Below are positions 7,049 to 14,655 of a DNA stretch of 54,472 nucleotides, piece by piece. The stretch lies in the IMG/VR virus record IMGVR_UViG_3300023503_000001, positions 1 to 54,472 of that record; one strand, 5' to 3'. Source of the DNA: a virus. Lineage: Duplodnaviria; Caudoviricetes. The position numbers and the translations under genes were made by a program. Position 1 is the stretch's first letter. Every line of letters starts with the position of its first letter. A model generated the notes under the pieces. The model was not told the origin of the DNA and did not search any database. It was given only the letters and a program-made list of their open reading frames with translations.

Positions 7049-7348
7049 TTAAAAGATATACCAGCTATCGAACTCAAATTGAGGACGTTCGCCTTCTGGT
7101 GCTCTGTTGATATTGCGAGCTACGGCGATCTTATAACCAGCGTTATGGAGCGTGAGAGCGGCAGCTGGATGAACTACACCAACAATTGTATTGAGTGGTT
7201 GGCCATTAAGTCTTACTGTGGTTAGTAGTTTTTCCATGTTGAAGGCGTCAACATCACCAACCTCTTTGATTTGGGTCACGCCGAGATTTTTGAGTGCTTC
7301 TATTTGTTTACCATTCAGTGAATGACGGCTAATCCAAAGAAATTTCAT
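7049..7348 (-). CDS. Hypothetical protein, possibly Csx15/Csx16/Csx20-like
   Basis: GGAGG RBS; N-terminal LWISRHSLNGKQIEAL motif. Confidence 0.75.
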   Translation of the reverse strand: MKFLWISRHSLNGKQIEALKNLGVTQIKEVGDVDAFNMEKLLTTVRLNGQPLNTIVGVVHPAAALTLHNAGYKIAVARNINRAPEGERPQFEFDSWYIF

Positions 7349-7566
7349 TTGTGGTTCCTCCAAGTGTGTCCAATTTGGCCAATAACTTTGTCAATCAAGA
7401 GATTTGACAAAAGCACAAAAAAGATATAAGGTGGGCCTATCATACCAAAAATGGCATATGTCTTCAATAGCATCCACCAAAATTCTTCACCTTGTGGGCC
7501 TGAGGGCCATGGTGCCCAAAGCGAAAGGCTTAAGGCTGAGAAAAAAATTGTTATCGCTATTTTCAT
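7345..7566 (-). CDS. Small membrane protein
   Basis: Two hydrophobic segments, coupled overlaps. Confidence 0.7.
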   Translation of the reverse strand: MKIAITIFFSALSLSLWAPWPSGPQGEEFWWMLLKTYAIFGMIGPPYIFFVLLSNLLIDKVIGQIGHTWRNHK

Positions 7567-7871
7567 TGCAATTGCCCCGCCCAGCGCTCAAGATATTGCT
7601 CATACTCGCCTACAATATAGGCGAATAGATACTTTTCCAAAGTAGTAAGGTCTGTGTTTACAAACCGCCACTTCTCGAGCTCCAGAACGTAAGCATTTTG
7701 TTCTGGTGACCACTTAATGGCCCAGTGGTTGTCGTAGAGATAACCAACCCCACCCTCAGGGTAGGCATGAGATACATCACTAGGGACCGCAGATCTTTGC
7801 CATCTTGTAAATGCCAACCACCAAATTGTGGACTTTTCGTTAAATGGATAGACCTCATCAAATTCAAGCAT
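7563..7871 (-). CDS. Hypothetical early protein
   Basis: AGGAGG RBS, 102 aa. Confidence 0.8.
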   Translation of the reverse strand: MLEFDEVYPFNEKSTIWWLAFTRWQRSAVPSDVSHAYPEGGVGYLYDNHWAIKWSPEQNAYVLELEKWRFVNTDLTTLEKYLFAYIVGEYEQYLERWAGQLQ

Positions 7872-7919
7872 TATAGCCTCCTCTATGTCCTGATTAGAGA
7901 TGATTGATTAACCACCTCT

Positions 7920-7946
7920 AAAAAGGACACAGTCAGAAACTGTGTC
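7920..7946 (-). terminator. Terminator-like hairpin
   Basis: GACACAG-N7-CTGTGTC followed by CTTTTT on minus. Confidence 0.6.
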
Positions 7947-7984
7947 AAAGGAGCAAGAGCCCTAGAGAGGAGAGACTAGGACTC

Positions 7985-8134
7985 TCACGTGAACCACCGC
8001 TGAGCTATGATACACCGCCGACCAACAGTCGTTAACCAGCCCCGAAGGGGGTCTGAGCTGAAGTCCACTAGTTTTAGTACTTCATCTTCTGTCCACACCC
8101 AAAATAAGGCCTTGAAATATGGAAAATGTTGCAT
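7985..8134 (-). CDS. Small hypothetical protein
   Basis: GAGGAG RBS before MQHFPYF. Confidence 0.5.
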   Translation of the reverse strand: MQHFPYFKALFWVWTEDEVLKLVDFSSDPLRGWLTTVGRRCIIAQRWFT

Positions 8135-8151
8135 GGAAGTCTCCTCTGTGT

Positions 8152-8185
8152 AAAAAAGAGATGTGACACTTACGTGCCACATCCC
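8152..8185 (-). terminator. Rho-independent terminator
   Basis: GGGATGTGGCAC-GTAA-GTGTCACATCTC-TTTTTT. Confidence 0.85.
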
Positions 8186-8192
8186 TTAGTTG

Positions 8193-8537
8193 TCATGCTT
8201 CTTTTTCTTGCTTGGCCCACTCGAGGGCCATGGCAATGTAGTTATAGGCATGCTGATTTGAGCTGTACTTCTTGCCATTAACTTCACACATGCTTTTGAT
8301 GAGCTCCTTCTTAGGCATTTTACCATAGTTGGCACGAAGGAACTCGACAGTAGGGCCCCAGTCTGAAGAACCACTATGTGCGACTATGCCGAGCTCTTCT
8401 TTGAGCTCTTTGACGGTCTTTTTTGCTTCGTTTGTTGAAAAATCATGAGCGTAGATAAGGAATCCTTCCGCCTTGGCGGAAGTTGCACCAGCTTCCAGGA
8501 GTTCACGAGCTTGATCAATGGGGTTGACGTTTGCCAT
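8193..8537 (-). CDS. Two-repeat helical protein (EWAKQE family)
   Basis: Near-colinear paralog of 10339-10689; own promoter and terminator. Confidence 0.9.
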   Translation of the reverse strand: MANVNPIDQARELLEAGATSAKAEGFLIYAHDFSTNEAKKTVKELKEELGIVAHSGSSDWGPTVEFLRANYGKMPKKELIKSMCEVNGKKYSSNQHAYNYIAMALEWAKQEKEA

Positions 8538-8613
8538 GGTTGTTTACCTCACGGTAATGGTCCTGCTATGGTAGATATGAATAGAGTGGCAGGACATTCG
8601 CTCTATACATATA

Positions 8614-8679
8614 ATTATAGACAAAAAGTTTAAAAAAGTACAATTAAACTCTTTTATCTATGTATAAGTTTTATTTATG
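8614..8679 (-). promoter_or_regulatory. Conserved phage promoter, copy 4
   Basis: TTGTAC-18-TATAAT plus upstream box. Confidence 0.8.
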
Positions 8680-8887
8680 TCATGTTTTCAAAATCATGTA
8701 AACTACAATCTACTTTCTTACCACCTGGCGTTTCAAGTATCCATGCATCTTCATATGATATGTCCATTATATCACAAAACAGATAGAAAAAGTCAAATAT
8801 GGTCATATCATGATGTGGCCACATCTTGACATAGTAGCATTTACTGCTACTAAGATCTTTCAACTTACCATGTCTTAGTTTGCTCAT
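8675..8887 (-). CDS. Hypothetical early protein
   Basis: 70-aa ORF behind promoter copy 5. Confidence 0.75.
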   Translation of the reverse strand: MSKLRHGKLKDLSSSKCYYVKMWPHHDMTIFDFFYLFCDIMDISYEDAWILETPGGKKVDCSLHDFENMT

Positions 8888-8919
8888 GGTTTACTTCCTG
8901 TTGTCCACTTATACTTATA

Positions 8920-8984
8920 ATTATAGGCAAAAAAATTAAAAAATACAATTGAATTTTTCTATGAGCATATAAACTTATTTTATA
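8920..8984 (-). promoter_or_regulatory. Conserved phage promoter, copy 5
   Basis: TTGTAT-17-TATAAT plus upstream box. Confidence 0.8.
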
Positions 8985-9081
8985 ACATGAGGCAAATACC
9001 GCCAGGGGTACCCGCCATATTTAGAATATAGCAACGCCAGAAGATACCATAGGCTTCCTTGCCTATGGTATTTTTGTTATG

Positions 9082-9348
9082 TTATTTTATTTCTATGTTA
9101 AATCTATGCCATTGAGTACCATCAAAATACTCAGCCCCCCATTCTTGCTCTCCATTTATGAAGATCATGTTTAGTAGGGTACTAATTACTGCTATAGGCA
9201 GTGACTCATGGTAAAGACTTGTTATGGCTTCATACAATTCTTCTTCTTCTTTGAATTTTATTGTCTTTGCATATTTTGTATATATTGTATCATTATTTTC
9301 TTGTAGTGGTGTGACAATGATGGTCAACTCAGTTTTGTCTTCAAACAT
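9082..9348 (-). CDS. Acidic early protein (start 9348)
   Basis: GAGGAAG RBS before MFEDK. Confidence 0.75.
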   Translation of the reverse strand: MFEDKTELTIIVTPLQENNDTIYTKYAKTIKFKEEEELYEAITSLYHESLPIAVISTLLNMIFINGEQEWGAEYFDGTQWHRFNIEIK

Positions 9349-9416
9349 GGTATGCTTCCTCTTAGTAAGATATATGATGCACTTTATCAAGAGCTTTTTA
9401 AACTCTTGACATTTAT

Positions 9417-9482
9417 ATTATAGACTAAAAGAATTAAAAAGTACAATTGAATATTCTTTTAAGTCTATAAAATAAATTTATA
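9417..9482 (-). promoter_or_regulatory. Conserved phage promoter, copy 6
   Basis: TTGTAC-18-TATAAT plus upstream box. Confidence 0.8.
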
Positions 9483-9517
9483 TGGTATTGAATACCATAG
9501 TGCACGCAGGATTGTGA

Positions 9518-9556
9518 TAAAAAAATAGCGGCAAGTTAAAAACTTACCGCTATTTA
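9518..9556 (-). terminator. Rho-independent terminator
   Basis: AAATAGCGGTAAGTT...AACTTGCCGCTATTT followed by T-run. Confidence 0.85.
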
Positions 9557-9572
9557 TATGGTAGTTTAATTA

Positions 9573-9911
9573 TCAGCTTTCAAATAGTTCAAGCTGTAAT
9601 TCTGCCATGTCTTTATCTATCACATTCTCATTATGAAAGAATGTGATCATAGGATTCACACCAGGTTTCATATCAAGCTTGAATATGTATGTTTCATTTT
9701 CATACTCAATATGAAACTCTACATGTGAGAGTTCAACTCTGATGTGTTTGATCACACCATAGTTTACAACTCTATATATTAAACTTGCTTGATTAAATGA
9801 TACATCATAAAATTCTGTATCATTTTCACAAAGCATGATAACATCTTCAATATCATGCTCTTTATTATCAATAATCAAGCAACCAGCACTAAAATATGCA
9901 TCTTGACTCAT
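9573..9911 (-). CDS. Acidic early protein
   Basis: 112 aa, own promoter and terminator. Confidence 0.8.
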   Translation of the reverse strand: MSQDAYFSAGCLIIDNKEHDIEDVIMLCENDTEFYDVSFNQASLIYRVVNYGVIKHIRVELSHVEFHIEYENETYIFKLDMKPGVNPMITFFHNENVIDKDMAELQLELFES

Positions 9912-9998
9912 GGTATCTACTCTCTTGGTAAGTTAAAATTTGTATCATATAAAATATGATACAGTTCATATCAAGAATATTACATTCTTGATAATTAT

Positions 9999-10063
9999 AT
10001 TATATTATATAATTTTCTCCTTGTAAAATTGAATTTTTTATTTTTGAATTAGTTTTTCTTATA
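9999..10063 (-). promoter_or_regulatory. Conserved phage promoter, copy 7
   Basis: TTTTAC-18-TATAAT plus degenerate upstream box. Confidence 0.7.
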
Positions 10064-10125
10064 TCATACATAACTCTCACTTAACACCACACTGCATACT
10101 ATATAAGGCACTCTCACACCAGGTC

Positions 10126-10269
10126 TTACGCATGGCACCCTGGATTATGGGTGGCGAAGTATATTAGGTGATATGCATGTTTTCGTGTATAGCCCTTCTC
10201 TATAAGGACTTTTATTGCTTGTTCTCTTCCTCGTGTCCGGAGGTATTTCGCCGTCTCGTTGATGATCAT
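10126..10269 (-). CDS. 47-aa single-repeat member of the EWAKQE family (not in ORF track)
   Basis: GAGGAG RBS; MIINETAKYLRTRGREQAIKVLIEKGYTRKHAYHLIYFATHNPGCHA. Confidence 0.65.
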   Translation of the reverse strand: MIINETAKYLRTRGREQAIKVLIEKGYTRKHAYHLIYFATHNPGCHA

Positions 10270-10338
10270 TAGTTTGTCTCCTCTGTTGATTGGCAGAACA
10301 TATCACTTCCTTGTGATATGTTCTGCTTGGTTACTTAC

Positions 10339-10689
10339 TTACTTCTGAGCTTCGACTTCCTGTTTAGCCCATTCAATCGCCATTGCGATATAATTGTATG
10401 CGTGTTGGTTGGTCTTATAGGTCTTTCCGTTGACCTCACACATACCGTTGATCAACTCCTTTTTGCCAAGCTTGCCGTAATTTTCCCGAAGGAATTTCAC
10501 AGTCTCGGTCCAGCCGGCCTTGCTATAGGCGTTGGTGGAGATTCCGCATTTTTCGAATGCTTTGGCCGCCAAGGTTTTTGCCTCGTTGACCGAGCAATCG
10601 TGCATGTAGATGAGGAACCCCTCAACTTTCGCCTTCGTGGCGCCGCCCTCGACCATCTCGATTGCTTGTTGCATCATTTCATTGCTCAT
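10339..10689 (-). CDS. Two-repeat helical protein (EWAKQE family)
   Basis: AGGAG RBS; first gene of the minus-strand early region. Confidence 0.9.
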   Translation of the reverse strand: MSNEMMQQAIEMVEGGATKAKVEGFLIYMHDCSVNEAKTLAAKAFEKCGISTNAYSKAGWTETVKFLRENYGKLGKKELINGMCEVNGKTYKTNQHAYNYIAMAIEWAKQEVEAQK

Positions 10690-10876
10690 TTTATTTCTCC
10701 TCTAGTTGAGCATTTGACACATCGCTAAGTAATTATTTACTTAGCTCGAATTGCTAATAAACTAAATTGGTAAAAACGTCATTAGTTTATTAGACTTATC
10801 AAATTGTTAAAGAACATAACATATTACATATTTGTAATATGATTTTTATTTATTATTTTTATTTTTCATATTAATA

Positions 10877-10941
10877 ATTATAACATATAAATTTAATAAG
10901 TACAATACTAATTTTCTATATGTATATAAAAAATTTTTATA
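10877..10941 (-). promoter_or_regulatory. Conserved phage promoter, copy 8
   Basis: TTGTAC-17-TATAAT plus near-perfect TATAAAAATTTTTTATA box. Confidence 0.8.
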
Positions 10942-11004
10942 CATAAAAGGGGCTTATAGGGGTATAAATAATTTTGATAGGGCTGGCGGTGTGTCCGTGT
11001 CAGT

Positions 11005-11150
11005 TCCACACACACACACACATACACACACCTCAGTCACTCACGCACTACATACTCACTTACTCGCCTCAGTCTCCCCCCACTCACACACACATACTCA
11101 TACACTCACTCACACACCTTAGTCCCTCACCATCACACTTTACACTCTAT
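11005..11150. repeat. CA-rich, G-poor low-complexity tract
   Basis: (CA)n and CACTCA units with CCTYAGTC three times. Confidence 0.85.
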
Positions 11151-11217
11151 GTACCAGATAGATTGCTAAGCCCCCTATAGCCCTCCAATTTAATTTTCAT
11201 CAACAACGCAGTATATA

Positions 11218-11400
11218 TTTCGCACACGCGAAGAGAGCACCTCGCGCGAAATACTTCGCGTAGCCTCGCACGCCTTCGCATGAGATTCATTTCGCAACGT
11301 GCGAGAAAATATTTGAATTACGAATATTTCTGTGCGAGGCCGCGCGAAGGGGTTTACTTTTTTTTTCTTTGTGCTATAATAGAAAGAAGCGTGCGAAGAG
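11218..11400. repeat. TTCGCR motif cluster upstream of terS (candidate packaging signal)
   Basis: More than ten TCGCA/TCGCG half-sites in both orientations. Confidence 0.7.
11353..11380 (+). promoter_or_regulatory. Promoter of the structural operon
   Basis: TTTACT-16-TATAAT with extended -10 TG. Confidence 0.6.
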
Positions 11401-11416
11401 AGGCGAGGAGTTTTCA

Positions 11417-11863
11417 GTGTCTGAAAATGAAACATCAAGCATAGATTGGGATATGTTATCCGATGAAGACTATGCAAGGGAGATTATCCGTCAATGGGGT
11501 AAGCCTATTCCACGTGAGTGGGACCAGCAATCTTTAACTTTTTTCAAAGCTATCGAGGATAGGTCCTTAATTGAATCGTTAGCCAAAGGCCTGACAATAA
11601 CAGAAGCGTTGAATTACTTTGGTTTGGTGCCAGAGATCTTACCGGAGTACGACGCAGTTTATTTTGTTTCTACCTTTTTGAGAGGCAGGATCAATGCAAA
11701 GCGTCAGGCTGTAGACGCTTTATTCCAAAATATGAATGTTGGGGCTGGCAATTCAGGTGTTCAAGCGTCTGTGACATACCTGAAACAGTTTGCTGATTCA
11801 TTTAAAGATACCAAAGGTATCGATAGTAATGTTAAAGCTATCAAAATAGAAGTTGTCGAATGA
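11417..11863 (+). CDS. terS: Probable terminase small subunit
   Basis: GTG start with GAGGAG RBS; size and position before terL; C-terminal IKIEVVE strand. Confidence 0.7.
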   Translation: MSENETSSIDWDMLSDEDYAREIIRQWGKPIPREWDQQSLTFFKAIEDRSLIESLAKGLTITEALNYFGLVPEILPEYDAVYFVSTFLRGRINAKRQAVDALFQNMNVGAGNSGVQASVTYLKQFADSFKDTKGIDSNVKAIKIEVVE

Positions 11864-13182
11864 GTGTAGCATTAGTACAAAATGCTGGTTTCTTACCTAA
11901 GCGCCGTAAAACAGCGCCGAAGACCAGTAATGGTACACTCAAAATACAAGCTCTTAAACATCAGGCTAAAATGCTTAAGGCCAATAAGAAGTTTATGCTT
12001 CTTGTGGCTGGATATGGTTCTGGTAAGAGTCATACTTTACATTTATGCACAGTAACTGATGTTTTAGCCTATCCTGGGATTAAAATATTAATTCTGGCAC
12101 CGTCTTATGACTTGCTTAAACTTAATAACGTCCCGGGAATAGAAGAACAGCTTAATAATTATGGAATTGATTATAAATTTAATAAGTCTGACTACATTTG
12201 TTATTTGAGCAACGGCTCACAAATAATCTTTCGTAGTATGGATAATCCATCGCGGATTGTTGCATTTGAGGTTGCTCGAACTTATATTGATGAGGCTGAT
12301 GTTTTACCACTAGCCCAAATGGAAATTGCGTGGACTAAGGCATTAGGTCGTACTCGTCAAGTACTTGTAGTTGATGGAAAACAGATTGAAAATAGAGTTT
12401 GGGCATTTTCGACGCCAGAAGGCTTTAAATTCTGTTATAAGAGATGGGTGAAATTAGGTGGAAAAGAGTATGGAATGATCCAAGCTAAAACCACTGATAA
12501 TCCATTCTTGCCTTCCGACTTTGTACAAAGTTTACGAGACACATATCCAGCGCAGTTAATTGACGCCTACCTTGAAGGTAAATTTGTAAATTTAACTTCC
12601 GGTACTGTTTATTATACTTTTGATAGAGAAAAGCATAATTCTACCGAAGAACCACAACCAAAAGAGACGCTGTATATTGGAATGGACTTTAACGTAGGTA
12701 AACAAGCTGTGGTTGTGTATGTTAAAAGAGGAGAAAATTATCATGCGGTTTGGGAATTTAAAGATCTCCTCGATACTCCTCAATCTATTGAACTTATTAA
12801 AAAACGTTTTCCGGATAATACTATTGTCGTTTATCCTGACTCTACTGGGAAGCGCCGTAATACTACTAATGCGTCTACTGGAGTTAGCGACATAAGTTTG
12901 TTGAAAAAAGCTGGTTTTTTAGTTAGAGCATATTCAACAAACCCTCTAGTTAAAGACAGAGTTGCCGCTGTTAATGGTGCATTTGAAAAAGGGCGATTAT
13001 TTGTAAATACTGAGAATTGTCCTGAATTAACTGAGTGTTTAGAGCAACAAGTTTATGATGTCAATGGACGTCCCGACAAAAATTCTGGGCAAGATCACAT
13101 GAATGACGCAGCTGGTTATCCTATATGTCGTCTTTTACCAATTACAGATCGTAAAGCTTATCTTACTGTAGTTAATGTATAA
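11860..13182 (+). CDS. terL: Terminase large subunit
   Basis: Walker A AGYGSGKS, Walker B YIDEAD, GMDFN and DHMNDA nuclease motifs. Confidence 0.95.
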   Translation: MSVALVQNAGFLPKRRKTAPKTSNGTLKIQALKHQAKMLKANKKFMLLVAGYGSGKSHTLHLCTVTDVLAYPGIKILILAPSYDLLKLNNVPGIEEQLNNYGIDYKFNKSDYICYLSNGSQIIFRSMDNPSRIVAFEVARTYIDEADVLPLAQMEIAWTKALGRTRQVLVVDGKQIENRVWAFSTPEGFKFCYKRWVKLGGKEYGMIQAKTTDNPFLPSDFVQSLRDTYPAQLIDAYLEGKFVNLTSGTVYYTFDREKHNSTEEPQPKETLYIGMDFNVGKQAVVVYVKRGENYHAVWEFKDLLDTPQSIELIKKRFPDNTIVVYPDSTGKRRNTTNASTGVSDISLLKKAGFLVRAYSTNPLVKDRVAAVNGAFEKGRLFVNTENCPELTECLEQQVYDVNGRPDKNSGQDHMNDAAGYPICRLLPITDRKAYLTVVNV

Positions 13183-14639
13183 TGGTTCCAGATAAATTAC
13201 AAGATAGTCTTCACAGTAGCTTTACAACAGCAACGCCGAAGTGGCGTACTGTACGTGATGCTTTGGAAGGGGAGGTAGCAATTAAGGCGGCAAATACTCG
13301 TTATTTGCCTATGCCGTCTGCAATGCTAAATGTTAATGCAAAAGCTCCATCAGAGACCATATATGGGGAAAATTTTGCATATAATGATCATGAGAATAAG
13401 CCATACGCAGCTTATAAAGCTCGTGCATTCTTTCCTGAATTAACAGATGCAACATTAAGAGGTATAGTTGGTTTAATTCAGAGAAATCCGTCAGCATATG
13501 CAGAACTTCCCGATTCTGAACTTTTACAAAAAGCTACGCCAGATGGAAAGTCTCTTCAAGAGCTTGAACTTCTGCTTAATACAGAAGTTATGAGTGTTGG
13601 ACGAGTTGGTCTTTTAGTTGATATTTTTGATAACAAATTGAAATTTGTCGTCTATAAGACTGAAGCGATCTTAAATTGGCAAACAGAAGGCACGACTGAA
13701 GACATTAGATTCACTGGCGTATTATTACAAGAAGAATCAACTAAAGCTAATTTTTGGGATCAAAGTGCCTCAAAAGACGTTAAATTACTTCTTTTCTTAG
13801 ATGAAAAAGGTATTTATACAGTAGCTCGTTACGAGGATAACAAGCTTGTTAAGATTATTCAGCCTTCACATTTAGGTAAAACACTTAATTTTATACCTTT
13901 TATAACTATTGGTACTTTAGATTTAACGCCTGATATTGATAACCCTCCTATGTGGCCTCTGGCCAATCTTTCTGTAAAAATTTACCAAGCTTCAGCCGAT
14001 TTGCGCAATGCGCAGTATATGTCATGTAATCCTACATTAACTCTTTCTGGGGTTGATCAAGATCAACTTCCTTCTGCTTTAGGCAGTAACATTGTTTTAG
14101 CTTTACCTGATCCAATGGCTAAAGCGTATTATCCTAAAACAGATACTACTGCCTTAGACCATGTTCGTTTATATATAAAAGATCTGGAACAAGAGGCAAT
14201 TAAGTTAGGAGCTAATTTATTAGGCCATTCTGGTAACTTAGCAGAATCGGGTGAAGCCATCAGACTTCGACAGTCTATGGCTGCTGCTACAGTAGCTTCT
14301 GTCGTAGCTACAACTGGTAAAGGTCTTTTAAGAGGTCTTAAATTTATCGCTGAATGGCTCGGAGCCAATAATGAACCTTCTGTGAAGGTTAATAAAGAAT
14401 TCTCTAGCTTCCAGATGACAGCAAATGAGCAAATTGCTCTTGTACAGTCTTGGCAAGCTGGTGCACTCAGCTCTCTTACTATGCTCGAAAACTTCAGACG
14501 CGCAGGTATGCTTCAAGAAGGTGAAGATCCCACGGTCGAACTTGAACGTTTGCAAAATGATGTTTATCGGGAAAAACTTTTACAAGAGAGATTACAAGGT
14601 AAGGACATAAGTCCTCAATTTGATAAACGTATTAAATAA
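13182..14639 (+). CDS. Portal protein (DUF4055 type)
   Basis: YLPMP, YKARA, GRVGLLVD, ESGEA motifs; follows terL. Confidence 0.9.
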   Translation: MVPDKLQDSLHSSFTTATPKWRTVRDALEGEVAIKAANTRYLPMPSAMLNVNAKAPSETIYGENFAYNDHENKPYAAYKARAFFPELTDATLRGIVGLIQRNPSAYAELPDSELLQKATPDGKSLQELELLLNTEVMSVGRVGLLVDIFDNKLKFVVYKTEAILNWQTEGTTEDIRFTGVLLQEESTKANFWDQSASKDVKLLLFLDEKGIYTVARYEDNKLVKIIQPSHLGKTLNFIPFITIGTLDLTPDIDNPPMWPLANLSVKIYQASADLRNAQYMSCNPTLTLSGVDQDQLPSALGSNIVLALPDPMAKAYYPKTDTTALDHVRLYIKDLEQEAIKLGANLLGHSGNLAESGEAIRLRQSMAAATVASVVATTGKGLLRGLKFIAEWLGANNEPSVKVNKEFSSFQMTANEQIALVQSWQAGALSSLTMLENFRRAGMLQEGEDPTVELERLQNDVYREKLLQERLQGKDISPQFDKRIK

Positions 14640-14655
14640 TCCTGTGGAGAAAGAA

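Noticed and set aside
5930-10941. CRISPR-like array from recurring intergenic motifs
   Set aside because: Repeats are degenerate promoters separated by whole genes, not fixed-length spacers
10974-11180. His/Thr-rich 68-aa ORF
   Set aside because: Translation artefact of the CA-rich tract; no RBS
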